A stretch of DNA of 64,000 nt from Geopsychrobacteraceae bacterium. GTDB lineage: Bacteria; Desulfobacterota; Desulfuromonadia; Desulfuromonadales; Geopsychrobacteraceae. Below are positions 40,037 to 52,414 of the stretch, in pieces (the first letter of the stretch is position 1; each line of letters opens with the position of its first letter). The translations under genes were made by a program, and so were the position numbers. Below the pieces are notes generated by a model. That model searched no databases and had not been told where the DNA came from. It saw only the letters and a list, made by a program, of their open reading frames with translations. Where the stretch lies: NCBI GenBank assembly GCA_963662315.1, contig OY759353.1, positions 352,001-416,000 of the forward strand. The letters run 5' to 3'.

Positions 40037-42691
40037 ATGAAAGAACAATTGCCAAAAGGGTATGATCCCGCCCTGGTTGAACAGAAATGGTTTGATGTCT
40101 GGGAAAAGAGTGGCGTGTTTCACGCTGATGAGACTTCGGAAAAGCCGCATTACTCCATTGTGATTCCACCACCAAATGTCACTGGTGTGTTGCATATGGG
40201 GCATGCGCTGAATAATACTTTGCAGGATATCCTGTGTCGCTGGAAGCGCATGACCGGTCACGAAGTGCTATGGATGCCGGGCACCGATCATGCCGGTATT
40301 GCGACCCAGAATGTCGTTGAAAAGCAACTGGCTGCCGAAGGGAAGGATCGTCACGATCTGGGACGTGAAGCGTTTATCGAGCGCGTGTGGAAATGGCGGT
40401 CAGAGTCCGGTGGACAGATTATTAATCAGCTGAAGCGCTTAGGGGCATCATGTGACTGGGAGCGGGAGCGTTTCACGATGGACGAGGGGCTGTCCCAGGC
40501 TGTTCGTGAAGTTTTTGTGCGCCTTTATGATGAGGGTCTGATTTATCGTGATAATCGACTTATCAACTGGTGTCCTCGTTGTCATACCGCTCTTTCCGAC
40601 CTTGAAGTTGAGCATGATGACAAGAAGGGGAGTCTGTGGCATCTGCGTTACCCTGTTCAGGGAACAGATAAATGCCTGATCGTTGCGACTACGCGTCCAG
40701 AAACCATGCTGGGTGATACGGCTGTTGCGGTACATCCAGAGGATGAACGCTATCGAGATCTTATCGGAAAAACAATCCTGTTGCCGCTGGTGCAACGTGA
40801 AATTCCAATTATCGGTGATGAATATGTCGATAAGGAGTTTGGTAGTGGTGCGGTTAAAATCACTCCTGCTCACGATTTCAACGACTTTGAAATTGGTAAA
40901 CGACATGACCTTGATTTTATCAATGTTCTGGATGAAAGCGGTGTTATTAATGATAATGGCGGCGCTTACGTTGGTCTGGAACGCTATGTTGCCCGTGATC
41001 GCGTTGTCGCCGACCTGCAGGCGCAAGGACTGCTCGAAAAAATTGAAGATTATGGCAATTCGGTAGGGGAATGTTATCGTTGCAAGACGGTTATTGAACC
41101 TTATATGAGCAAACAGTGGTACGTGGCGGTCAAGCCTCTTGCCGCCGAAGCCATTAAGGCTGTTGAATCACAGAATACCAGAATCCTTCCGGTCCAGTGG
41201 GAAAAGACTTATTACGAGTGGATGTATAACATCCAGGACTGGTGCATCAGTCGACAGATCTGGTGGGGACACCGGATTCCGGCCTGGTTCTGTGATGATT
41301 GTGGTGAGATCAGTGTCTCACGCGAAGATCTGACTCAGTGTAAACACTGTAATAGTGCCAATCTGCGTCAAGAGACAGATGTGCTGGATACTTGGTTTTC
41401 CTCTGCGTTGTGGCCCTTTTCCACCATGGGGTGGCCGGATCAGACCACAGCACTGCACAAATTTTATCCGACCAGTTGTTTGGTGACAGGATTTGATATC
41501 CTCTTTTTCTGGGTTGCCCGCATGATGATGATGGGGCTGAAGTTTATGGATGAGGTGCCCTTCAAGGAAGTTTACATCCACGCGCTGGTGCGTGATGCCC
41601 AAGGGCAGAAAATGAGTAAAAGCAAGGGGAATGTCATCGATCCCCTTACCGTCATTGACGAATACGGTGCGGATGCTTTCCGCTTTACCCTGTGCGCTTT
41701 TGCTGCCATGGGGCGTGACATTAAACTGTCCACCGACCGGATCGGCGGTTATCGGAATTTTGTTAACAAGCTATGGAATGCCAGTCGTTTTGCGTTGATG
41801 AATCTGGAGGATTTTTCTCCGGAAATGGAACTTGATGCCCTTAATCTGTCGGCGGCAGATCACTGGATTCTTTACCGTTACGCTGTTACCGCGCACGATG
41901 TGAATGCTGCACTGACCGGTTACAAGTTTAATGATGCCGCTAGCCTACTTTACAGCTTTACATGGCATGAGTTCTGTGATTGGTTTGTCGAGTTGAGCAA
42001 GGACAGCCTTTATGGGGATGATGCCAACGCGCGTCAGACAACCCAGGCTGTTCTGTTTGTGGTTCTTGAAGGTTTGTTGCGGATGTTGCACCCGATATTG
42101 CCATTTGTAACTGAAGAGATCTGGCATGCTCTGCCAGGTGACAGAAACGCGACGACCCTTTTAAGGGCTGAGTATCCAACAACCGGAATCTGCCCTACCG
42201 ATGACCAAAAAGTCGCTCATATGGAAACCGTTATGGCTGTCATTAAGGCGATTCGGAATGTACGTGGTGAGTTGGAAGTCCCGCCTGGTAAGAAGATCAC
42301 TGTTGTTCTGGACTGTAAGAGTTCAGCTGCTTTAGCTGCGGTGGAAATGGGTCGTGACTATATCTGTTCGCTGGCCAGAGTTGAAGACCTGCAGATGGGT
42401 GTTGATATGGATCGCCCGAAACAGGTGTCGACTCAGGTTGCTGGTGATGTTGAGGTGCTGCTTCCCCTTGCTGGCTTGATAGATGTCGCTGAAGAAGAGG
42501 CGCGCCTGAAAAAAGAAATCGAAAAGATAAAGAAGGATGTCGATTTCTTCACTAAGAAGTTATCAAATAAAAACTTTGTCGATAACGCTCCTGCAGCTGT
42601 TTTGGAAAAAGATCGCGCCAAACTGTCGGCGGCGGAAGAGAAAATGGCCATTCTGAAAACTAGTCTGACGAAAATTGAAGCATTGAAATAA
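40037..42691 (+). CDS. valS: Valyl-tRNA synthetase
   Basis: PPPNVTGVLHMGH (HIGH), KMSKS, DWCISRQIWWGH, C-terminal coiled coil. Confidence 0.99.
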   Translation: MKEQLPKGYDPALVEQKWFDVWEKSGVFHADETSEKPHYSIVIPPPNVTGVLHMGHALNNTLQDILCRWKRMTGHEVLWMPGTDHAGIATQNVVEKQLAAEGKDRHDLGREAFIERVWKWRSESGGQIINQLKRLGASCDWERERFTMDEGLSQAVREVFVRLYDEGLIYRDNRLINWCPRCHTALSDLEVEHDDKKGSLWHLRYPVQGTDKCLIVATTRPETMLGDTAVAVHPEDERYRDLIGKTILLPLVQREIPIIGDEYVDKEFGSGAVKITPAHDFNDFEIGKRHDLDFINVLDESGVINDNGGAYVGLERYVARDRVVADLQAQGLLEKIEDYGNSVGECYRCKTVIEPYMSKQWYVAVKPLAAEAIKAVESQNTRILPVQWEKTYYEWMYNIQDWCISRQIWWGHRIPAWFCDDCGEISVSREDLTQCKHCNSANLRQETDVLDTWFSSALWPFSTMGWPDQTTALHKFYPTSCLVTGFDILFFWVARMMMMGLKFMDEVPFKEVYIHALVRDAQGQKMSKSKGNVIDPLTVIDEYGADAFRFTLCAFAAMGRDIKLSTDRIGGYRNFVNKLWNASRFALMNLEDFSPEMELDALNLSAADHWILYRYAVTAHDVNAALTGYKFNDAASLLYSFTWHEFCDWFVELSKDSLYGDDANARQTTQAVLFVVLEGLLRMLHPILPFVTEEIWHALPGDRNATTLLRAEYPTTGICPTDDQKVAHMETVMAVIKAIRNVRGELEVPPGKKITVVLDCKSSAALAAVEMGRDYICSLARVEDLQMGVDMDRPKQVSTQVAGDVEVLLPLAGLIDVAEEEARLKKEIEKIKKDVDFFTKKLSNKNFVDNAPAAVLEKDRAKLSAAEEKMAILKTSLTKIEALK

Positions 42692-43077
42692 TTGAAATGT
42701 TTCTGAAATAGAAAGATTTTTGTTTTTGGAAATTCGCCGATAAAGCCTGATTTGTAGTATTATTTTGATATTAGAATTTTAGAATGTATTGTTTTTTTTG
42801 TTTAATTTTATAACAAGGTTTAGTATACAGTATACGATTTGGTTTGTTCATGCGGTCGCTTAATTTGACCGATTGTCTACTTTATTTCGACGTCGAAAGG
42901 CTGTCACTTGTATACGCAAAGCGAATCCTGTTCATGGTTAACTGGCTTAAGTTTCAGGATTCGTTTCCAGGAAGAAAGGAGGGCAGGGCCGCGTTTTTTC
43001 TGAATTGGTTTGATTAATTGAATTAGGGAGAGAAGTCCTGACTGACAATCGCTTCACATTCTCGAGGGATAGAAATT

Positions 43078-43752
43078 ATGAATCTGTTTACAAGTACTGT
43101 AGGAAGAAAGGTGCTGATGGCAGTGACCGGTTTGTTGCTGGTCTTGTTTATCACTGTCCATCTTCTTGGTAACCTGTCAGTGTTCCTTGGCGCTGATGGT
43201 ATTAATGCCTATGCGAAACATCTCCATGATCTTGGGCCGCTGGTCTGGGTCTTCCGCCTGGTCATGTTGTGCCTGTTTGCTGTGCACATTACTTTCGGTA
43301 TTCAGCTCTACATGGAAAATCGTGCTGCCACTCCAGAGGCTTACGCGATCCAGAAAACCTTGGTTACGACATTCTCTGCGAAAACTATGATCTATACAGG
43401 CCTGATTATTCTGGTATTCCTGATTTATCATTTGCTTCATTTCACGGTTCAAGTAACAAATCCAGAGATCTCAGCGCATCACCTGCCACTTGATGCGGCT
43501 ATGCGTCCTGATGTTTTTTCGATGGTCGTGCTGAGCTTCCAGAAAGTATTTATTGCTGCCATCTATATCATCGGCATGATCGCTTTGGGTTTCCATCTTG
43601 CTCACGGTGTTTCCAGCTGGGTTCAGACTTTCGGTCTGAGCACTGGTCCTAGCCAGGATAAGGTTAGAATCATTGGCAAGTTGCTGGCTATTGTTTATGC
43701 GCTTGCATATATAGCCATTCCTTTGTTCATTCTTGCTCGCATTGTGAAATAG
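43078..43752 (+). CDS. sdhC: Succinate dehydrogenase/fumarate reductase cytochrome b subunit
   Basis: [16 protein letters not shown], spaced heme-ligand His residues in 5 TM helices; heads the CAB operon. Confidence 0.92.
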   Translation: MNLFTSTVGRKVLMAVTGLLLVLFITVHLLGNLSVFLGADGINAYAKHLHDLGPLVWVFRLVMLCLFAVHITFGIQLYMENRAATPEAYAIQKTLVTTFSAKTMIYTGLIILVFLIYHLLHFTVQVTNPEISAHHLPLDAAMRPDVFSMVVLSFQKVFIAAIYIIGMIALGFHLAHGVSSWVQTFGLSTGPSQDKVRIIGKLLAIVYALAYIAIPLFILARIVK

Positions 43753-43762
43753 GGGGCTTATT

Positions 43763-45678
<1,916 letters not shown>

Positions 45679-45679
<1 letters not shown>

Positions 45680-46431
45680 TGAACCTTACATTGCATGTAT
45701 GGCGCCAGAAGGGGCCACAGGATAAAGGAAAGCTGGAAACATATAAAGCAAAAGACGTCAGCCCGGATGAGTCTTTTCTTGAGATGCTTGATGAAGTTAA
45801 CGATGATTTGATCAAGCACGGCAAGGATCCTATCGCTTTTGATCATGATTGCCGTGAAGGTATCTGTGGTATGTGCTCACAGGTTATTAACGGTCGTCCT
45901 CATGGGCATCAGGAAAAAACTACCGTATGTCAGCTGCATATGCGTCAGTTTAAAGACGGCGATGAAATCTTTATTGAACCATGGCGCGCTCGTGCTTTCC
46001 CGGTTCTGAAAGACCTGATCGTCGATCGTAGCGCTCTTGACGTGATTATGCAGGCGGGAGGGTATTCTTCCTGTCATACTGGTGGTGTTGCTGATGGTAA
46101 TGCTCTGCTGATTCCAAAGCCGACTGCTGATTATGCTATGGACGCAGCTGAGTGTATTGGTTGCGGTGCTTGCGTTGCTGCGTGTCCTAACAGTTCTGCC
46201 ATGCTGTTTACCAGTGCCAAGGTCGCTCAACTTGCTGCGTTACCGCAGGGCAAGCCAGAAGCTCGTCGTCGGGTTCAGGCCATGACCGAAGCAATCCTTA
46301 GTGAAGGTTTTGGTAACTGTACCAACCATTATGAGTGTGAAGCTGCCTGCCCGAAAGGGATCAGTGTCAAATTTATTGCCAAGTTGAACCGTGAATATCT
46401 CAAGTCGATGATGCCTTCGACAACGAAATAA
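45679..46431 (+). CDS. sdhB: Succinate dehydrogenase/fumarate reductase iron-sulfur subunit
   Basis: [33 protein letters not shown]. Confidence 0.96.
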
Positions 46432-46456
46432 TCTCTTTTCACTTTTGATTTATTCC

Positions 46457-46485
46457 AGGCGGGTCATTGCGACCCGCCTTTTTTT
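46457..46485 (+). terminator. Intrinsic terminator after sdhB
   Basis: AGGCGGGTC-ATTGC-GACCCGCCT followed by a T run. Confidence 0.9.
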
Positions 46486-46553
46486 ATATTCAAAAGGTGG
46501 CAAGATTCGTATCATAGCCAGATCAAATTGTTGCTTATGGGTTCCTTGTAGAT

Positions 46554-48119
46554 ATGTTTCTGAAAAATAGACAACCTGGCGATGTTTTAACCAGCTATGA
46601 TGTTTCTGCCTTGCCCTTTAAACATATCTTGCGCCGCGATGAGCTGGCCGCTGAGTTGTGCCGTGAGCACATAACCAAGCTGCAGGAGCACTTGGGACAT
46701 TGCTTGGCGTTATTGGGTCAGGCCCTGGGCCTTTCTGGCGTTGTCCTGCTGGTTTCTGATTCTTCCGCATGCAATTATTATCCATACGCAACGTCCTGTA
46801 ATCGTCCTCTTGAACCTGGACCTTATGCAAGTTGCAGCGGGATTCTCGGTTGTCTGAAGCTGCAGGCCCAGATAGCGGTTACACCATATAGGCGTAACTC
46901 TCCGGTCGTTCCGTACTATAAGAATCAAAGCCTATTATATGGCGGTGGTTTTTTGGCGGTCAGGATCCCGCCGAATGGGGCCGGGGCCGCTATGATACTG
47001 TGCCTTGATCGAATGAGTTCAGATGTTTGGCAGCACAGTGAGCTTGCTATCGTCAACCAGAGTGTTGCAAATATTCAGAACTTTTTTTCAGTCTACTTCG
47101 ATAACGTTCGTCTGCACATTGAAGGGGATGTTTTGCAACGCGCCTTCAATGGGTTGCGCAAGCTGAATATGGCTTTAAGCCTTGAAGACGTTTACCGGGC
47201 AATCAGTCAAACGATTAAAAACAGCACACATGTTGATTTCTGTGCTATCGCCTCGGTCCATGAAAAGGTGATTTGCCTGGAAAGCTGGTCTGGCGAATGT
47301 ATTTCTTATGCACTGCCGTTGCAGATTCCGTTGGCCGATTCGGTCTTTGACCAGGTGGTAAAATACCGTCACTCTTTTCCAGAAAATGGGTGTTTTTCAT
47401 CTTCTTTAATAGACCCCCGTTCGGCAGGCTTTTTTAAACAGTTCACATCTTTTCTGGTGGTCCCCTGTTTACAGCCCGAAACACCGGTTCGCTTTGTGCT
47501 TATCATTGCTTCGCTTGAACGTCGTGAATTAACGCAGCGTTATAAGAATCTGTTCGATCTTATTTCTGATCAACTCGCTATTAAACTTGATCTGGCCTTG
47601 TCCCATGACCAGATTCGCAGTATGGCGCTTCAGGATGCTTTGACCGGTATTTCCAATTTACGCGCTTTTAATACGGCTTTTCATACCATGTACGAACGCG
47701 CCCAGAGAAATGCCGGACATTTGAGTCTTGTCGCATGTGATATTGACCATTTTAAAGGAGTGAACGACCGTTACGGGCACCCCTGTGGAGATCAGGTTCT
47801 TAAACATGTGGCCAGCGCATTACGCAATGAAATCCGTACCATTGATATGGTTGCCAGGACCGGAGGAGAGGAGTTTCGGATTCTACTGGAGGGGGCGGAT
47901 CAGAGAGTGGCTACCGAGATAGCGGAACGTATTAGAACTAAGATTGAGTATTTACCTATTATCTGGCAGGGGCTTCAGCTGAAGGTTTCCATTTCTATGG
48001 GGATTGCAACGTTTGCGAACGATGGGCAGGATAAATCGTTGCTGGTGAACCGGGCGGATCAGGCTCTTTACCGGGCTAAAAACAATGGCCGCAATCGCGT
48101 TTGCCTGTGGCAGGCATAA
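46554..48119 (+). CDS. Diguanylate cyclase with GAF-like sensor domains
   Basis: DALTG, DIDHFKGVNDRYGH, RTID I-site, GGEEF, ADQALYRAK..GRN. Confidence 0.93.
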   Translation: MFLKNRQPGDVLTSYDVSALPFKHILRRDELAAELCREHITKLQEHLGHCLALLGQALGLSGVVLLVSDSSACNYYPYATSCNRPLEPGPYASCSGILGCLKLQAQIAVTPYRRNSPVVPYYKNQSLLYGGGFLAVRIPPNGAGAAMILCLDRMSSDVWQHSELAIVNQSVANIQNFFSVYFDNVRLHIEGDVLQRAFNGLRKLNMALSLEDVYRAISQTIKNSTHVDFCAIASVHEKVICLESWSGECISYALPLQIPLADSVFDQVVKYRHSFPENGCFSSSLIDPRSAGFFKQFTSFLVVPCLQPETPVRFVLIIASLERRELTQRYKNLFDLISDQLAIKLDLALSHDQIRSMALQDALTGISNLRAFNTAFHTMYERAQRNAGHLSLVACDIDHFKGVNDRYGHPCGDQVLKHVASALRNEIRTIDMVARTGGEEFRILLEGADQRVATEIAERIRTKIEYLPIIWQGLQLKVSISMGIATFANDGQDKSLLVNRADQALYRAKNNGRNRVCLWQA

Positions 48120-48122
48120 ACA

Positions 48123-48770
48123 TCACATCTTTTGAAGCAGAATGCTGCTGTATTCATTCAATAAGTGGTTCTTGATCAGTTTGCATCCTAACGTTTGGTA
48201 TTTTCTACGTATTGTGTAATTATCTTCCCACAGGATTCCAGAAAGAATCAGCCACGCCCCTTTGTTGAGACGAGCGACCAGATCGTTGGCAGCGTTCAAT
48301 AGAATGTCACCATAGATGTTGGCCAGCAGCAGGTCAAATTCGCTTTCATTAAACTGCTCCAGGTAGCCGGTAAAATGATGGACCCGGTGACTGACATGAT
48401 TTAAACGGCAGTTTTCCTGACAACTGACCAGCGCTTTTTCATCGATGTCCAGGCACCAAGCTTCATCGGCTCCCAGTTTGAGGGCAGCAATTGATAGAAT
48501 TCCTGTACCACTGCCAAAATCAAGCACTTTTGGCGTAGTGCAGAGCGGGAGCTGTTCCAGAATTTCAATGCAATTGCGCGTTGTTTCATGTTCTCCAGAG
48601 CCGAAAGCTCCTCGTTCCATAATTAAAGGAATTTTCGTTGCCAGGCGGTGCGTATCTCCTGGCGGCATGACCTGAAACTTATCTCCAATAAAGAATGACG
48701 TATAGCGGTCTTTGCCCTTGGTTGTGCTGTGCATGCGGGTCTCCAGTTCCTCTTTCGGGATTTTGTCCAT
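48123..48770 (-). CDS. PrmA-like SAM-dependent protein methyltransferase (catalytic domain only)
   Basis: AFGSGEHETT, VLDFGSGTGILSI, DID, ANI, LILSGIL; only about 215 aa. Confidence 0.85.
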   Translation of the reverse strand: MDKIPKEELETRMHSTTKGKDRYTSFFIGDKFQVMPPGDTHRLATKIPLIMERGAFGSGEHETTRNCIEILEQLPLCTTPKVLDFGSGTGILSIAALKLGADEAWCLDIDEKALVSCQENCRLNHVSHRVHHFTGYLEQFNESEFDLLLANIYGDILLNAANDLVARLNKGAWLILSGILWEDNYTIRRKYQTLGCKLIKNHLLNEYSSILLQKM

Positions 48771-49047
48771 TGATTGGCCTGGTTCTGTTGGTGATAGTTG
48801 TTCTTTGAGTCGTTTCGCATACCTGTATTATTATAATACATTGAGGGTGTAACACTATGGGTTGCTCACCTCACACTACGATTTGTTCGTGATTGTTGTG
48901 CTTTTATTTTCTCTTTATCTACATCAATCATGGTGACATAGACAGCGGTTGGTGGAATATGTAAAATGATTGGTGTGATTAGAAACGTTTCAGATTCGTA
49001 GCGATGTGAGTACAATAATGACTTCGATTTCATCCAGAGACCTGGCC

Positions 49048-50358
49048 ATGCAAAGTGTGCGAAAGCTGTTTTTGATAATCGTCTTATGCCTGATTGCCAC
49101 GGGTGCCAGCGGGGCAGACCGGAATTCTCCAGTTGTCAAAGCTGTGGCTGGTGCACGGGATGCCGTTGTCAATATCCGTACTGAAAAGGTTATGCAGAGG
49201 CGCAGTCAGTCTTTGTTTGGGTTTGGGGATTCTGTCTTTGACCAGTTTTTTCACGAGATGATGCCTTTGGGCAGTTATAAGACTGAATCCCTCGGGTCCG
49301 GTGTTATCATAGACAGAGTCGGACATATTTTAACCAATGCTCATGTTGTCGATAAGGCGTCGCGCATTTTTGTGGCCATGACTGGTAGTGGCCGGGAGTT
49401 TGAAGCGCAGCTCATTGGTCAGGATAGTCGTATTGATCTGGCGGTTTTAAAGATTATTCAACCGGGGGACTATTCATTTTTACCTCCGGCCCGATCCGAT
49501 GACCTGATGCTCGGTGAAACCGTCATCGCCATAGGTAATCCTCTGGGTCTAGGTCATTCCATTACAACTGGTATAATCAGTTCTACCAAACGCAGGGTTC
49601 AATTGAGTGAGCAGCTTACATCTGTATTTATTCAGACGGATGCGTTGATTAATCCTGGAAACTCCGGTGGCCCGTTGATTAATATTAACGGTGAATTAAT
49701 CGGAATAAATACCGCGATAGCTCGTCAGGCTCAGGGGATTGGATTTTCAATTCCTATCGATACCGCCAAACGGGTCGTTAATGATCTCATTGCCTATGGT
49801 CGCGTCAGGCATGCTTATTTGGGCCTCGTGGTAGGCGAAGTCAGTAGCGCCTTTGTGCGGTCTTATGGTGAGAGTGGGGTTCTGGTCGAGGATGTTGAGC
49901 CTGATAGCCCGGCTCAAAAGGCCAGGTTGCAGATCGCTGATGTTATTCTGGCAATTGATGAGGTCCCGTTAGCTTCTGTCGCCCAGTATTATGCCGAACT
50001 GCAGACCTATACTCCCGGTGATCTCCTGCCGCTGTCGGTGTTGCGCGGCGATAAGGTCGTATCACTTAAGGCCGAACTGACAGCCTTGCCCGCCGGTTAT
50101 CAAATGGCCTATACTCGTTCAACTTTTGGTTTCTCGGTTCGACAGGGACAACGCGGTTTGGTGATAGACGAGGTTCTGAATGGTTCGCCCGCAGAGCGGG
50201 TTGGTCTGAATGCCGGGGACATGGTTGTCAAAATTGAGGATGTGTCCGTTCAAAAACTTGCCGAATTTGAGCAAACTATGGAAGAGTATCTCGGACAAAA
50301 ACCGCTGCGGTTCACCGTCGTACGTGATAACGTCGCCTATTTGATAGAACTTCCGTAA
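49048..50358 (+). CDS. DegP/HtrA serine protease with two PDZ domains
   Basis: Signal peptide, TNAHVV, DLAVLK, INPGNSGGPL. Confidence 0.94.
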   Translation: MQSVRKLFLIIVLCLIATGASGADRNSPVVKAVAGARDAVVNIRTEKVMQRRSQSLFGFGDSVFDQFFHEMMPLGSYKTESLGSGVIIDRVGHILTNAHVVDKASRIFVAMTGSGREFEAQLIGQDSRIDLAVLKIIQPGDYSFLPPARSDDLMLGETVIAIGNPLGLGHSITTGIISSTKRRVQLSEQLTSVFIQTDALINPGNSGGPLININGELIGINTAIARQAQGIGFSIPIDTAKRVVNDLIAYGRVRHAYLGLVVGEVSSAFVRSYGESGVLVEDVEPDSPAQKARLQIADVILAIDEVPLASVAQYYAELQTYTPGDLLPLSVLRGDKVVSLKAELTALPAGYQMAYTRSTFGFSVRQGQRGLVIDEVLNGSPAERVGLNAGDMVVKIEDVSVQKLAEFEQTMEEYLGQKPLRFTVVRDNVAYLIELP

Positions 50359-50400
50359 TTATACTGAATTTAATTGTCTAGAGGAGATTGTTAGAATTAT

Positions 50401-50946
50401 ATGCTGACTAATCGATCTTATCCCATTGTGTTTTTTTTGTTGTTTCTTCTGATGCTGGTGGGGTGTGACAATACAGCAGAAACCTCGTCTTCAAAAATTT
50501 CGTCTGAGGCTGCCGATCTGGTAGGTAGCGTGGCTCCCGATTTCAGCACCGTTAATATCCATGGCGATAAGGTTACTTTGTCGCAGTATCGGGGGAAGGT
50601 TGTTATTCTGAACTTTTGGGCGACTTGGTGTCCTCCATGCCGCGAAGAGATGCCATCCATGGAAGCCTTGCACAAAGCCTTTGCTGATAAAGGACTGGTG
50701 ATGCTGGCGGTTAATGTTGAAGAAAACGGCAAGGATGCCGTTACTTCGTTTCTGCAGAAGAGCCCTTACAGCTTTCCGATTCTTCTGGATGAGGATGCCA
50801 GGATTCAGAACACCTATAAGGTGTTCCGTTTTCCCGAATCATTTATCATCGATAAAAATGGTGTCGTGGTTGAAAAAATTATCGGGGGTCGTGACTGGAT
50901 GCGCGGGCCTACTTTCAAAACCATCGATTTTCTGGTCAACGGATAA
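50401..50946 (+). CDS. TlpA/ResA family thiol-disulfide oxidoreductase lipoprotein
   Basis: LVGC lipobox, NFWATWCPPCREEMP, FPESFIID. Confidence 0.93.
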   Translation: MLTNRSYPIVFFLLFLLMLVGCDNTAETSSSKISSEAADLVGSVAPDFSTVNIHGDKVTLSQYRGKVVILNFWATWCPPCREEMPSMEALHKAFADKGLVMLAVNVEENGKDAVTSFLQKSPYSFPILLDEDARIQNTYKVFRFPESFIIDKNGVVVEKIIGGRDWMRGPTFKTIDFLVNG

Positions 50947-50952
50947 TTGGGT

Positions 50953-51696
50953 ATGAACTCTGGTGCAGATATCACCTTGTGGATTGCTTTTTCAGCGGGA
51001 TTGTTATCCTATTTCTCCCCCTGTGTTTTGCCACTGATACCCTCCTACCTGACCTATATTTCGGGGTTGTCTTTCGGACAGCTTAAAGATGAACATCCGA
51101 GTGTCAAAATAAGGTTGACGGTTTTGTGCCATTCACTTGTTTTTGTTGCCGGTTTTTCTCTGGTGTTTATTGCGCTTGGGGCTCTGGCAGGACTTGCCTC
51201 GGCTTCTTTCCAGAATTATTTGCGCGAAAGCCTTGGCATTATTCAAAAAATAGGTGGTTTGCTGATTTTCCTGTTTGGGGTGCATCTTAGTGGTCTGTTT
51301 CATTTTGGTGTTTTGCTGGGAGAACGACGTATTCAGCTGCGTAATAAACCAACTGGTTTTTTGGGAACTTTTCTTGTCGGTCTTGCTTTTGCCGCAGGCT
51401 GGACCCCATGCATCGGGCCAATTTTGGGGGCCATTCTGGCCATTGCTGCAAGTAGTTCCGGAGGAGCAGGGCAAGGAGTGTTACTGTTAAGTGTGTATTC
51501 TATTGGGCTTGGCCTTCCATTTATTATTTCCGGTCTTGTTTTTCATGCGTTTCTCGGATTTTTCAACCGCTTCAAAAAACATATTCGCGTTAGTGAAATA
51601 ATCACCGGTGTCCTGCTTATGCTTGCCGGTGTCCTACTTTTTTTCGACTTGCTCTCACGCATTACCGGTTATCTGTATCAGTATCTGCCCGTGTGA
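50953..51696 (+). CDS. ccdA: Cytochrome c biogenesis protein CcdA
   Basis: SPCVLPLIP and WTPCIGP motifs, 6 TM helices. Confidence 0.93.
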   Translation: MNSGADITLWIAFSAGLLSYFSPCVLPLIPSYLTYISGLSFGQLKDEHPSVKIRLTVLCHSLVFVAGFSLVFIALGALAGLASASFQNYLRESLGIIQKIGGLLIFLFGVHLSGLFHFGVLLGERRIQLRNKPTGFLGTFLVGLAFAAGWTPCIGPILGAILAIAASSSGGAGQGVLLLSVYSIGLGLPFIISGLVFHAFLGFFNRFKKHIRVSEIITGVLLMLAGVLLFFDLLSRITGYLYQYLPV

Positions 51697-51714
51697 CGAG
51701 TCTTTTTGGCCGGA

Positions 51715-51754
51715 GCGTCTCCCTTTCTGGAGAACTATCCAGAAAGGGAGACGC
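51715..51754. repeat. Perfect 17-bp palindromic stem after ccdA
   Basis: GCGTCTCCCTTTCTGGA-GAACTA-TCCAGAAAGGGAGACGC; no adjacent T run on the + strand. Confidence 0.9.
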
Positions 51755-51823
51755 CAAGACCCTATTACACCAACCTTTTGTCAGTTTGTGCTTGATCTTT
51801 ACCTCTTGTTTTACTAGTTTTCT

Positions 51824-51842
51824 GAAAGTAATTTTCATTATC
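51824..51842. promoter_or_regulatory. Fur box upstream of the fur-feoB operon
   Basis: Reverse complement GATAATGAAAATTACTTTC matches 15/19 of the classical GATAATGATAATCATTATC box. Confidence 0.75.
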
Positions 51843-51939
51843 CATCAGCCCTCTGGAAACGATGGAAGGTTGAATTCCCGTTTTTGTTTTAGGGGCGGCC
51901 ATTTTCCGAGCAGAGGCAATTTTTCAGGGAGGATCAGTA

Positions 51940-52371
51940 ATGGACAGTGTTGCTGTTTTTAATGACTATGTGCGTAAAAAAGGTCTTAAAAATACGAGTC
52001 AGAGAATGATGATTCTGGAGACATTTCTCAACTCAAAATCCCATTATTCTACGGAGGAACTTTACCTTAAATTACGCAGGAAAAATCCGAAAATCGGATA
52101 TGCAACGGTACATCGGACCTTAAAGCTGTTTGCCGAGTGTGGTATCGCAGTGGAGCTGAATTTTGGCGATGGTCAGGCACGTTTTGAGGCTGTTGATCAT
52201 GAAGAACATCATGACCATTTAGTCTGTACCCGCTGCGGTGAAATTATTGAGTTTGAAGAGCCTCGCATTGAAGTAATCCAGGAAGAAATAGGCAAACGCT
52301 ACGCTTTTAAAATCGAATGTCACCGTCATGAACTCTATGGCGTGTGTGCCAAGTGTTCCGCCAAGGGCTAA
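51940..52371 (+). CDS. fur: Ferric uptake regulator
   Basis: TSQR, ATVHRTL, HHDHLVCTRCG, C-terminal CAKC. Confidence 0.94.
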   Translation: MDSVAVFNDYVRKKGLKNTSQRMMILETFLNSKSHYSTEELYLKLRRKNPKIGYATVHRTLKLFAECGIAVELNFGDGQARFEAVDHEEHHDHLVCTRCGEIIEFEEPRIEVIQEEIGKRYAFKIECHRHELYGVCAKCSAKG

Positions 52372-52414
52372 TCTATTGTTATGCTGATGCTAGCGCAGGA
52401 AAGTTGTACTGTTT

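Noticed and set aside
42890..42965. c-di-GMP-I (GEMM) riboswitch suggested by GAAAGG...ACGCAAAGC
   Set aside because: Lacks the upstream GGCAAAC and the P2 pairing, and the spacing is too long.
51693..51962. 89-aa ORF between ccdA and fur
   Set aside because: Runs through the palindrome, the Fur box and the fur start; regulatory DNA rather than a gene.
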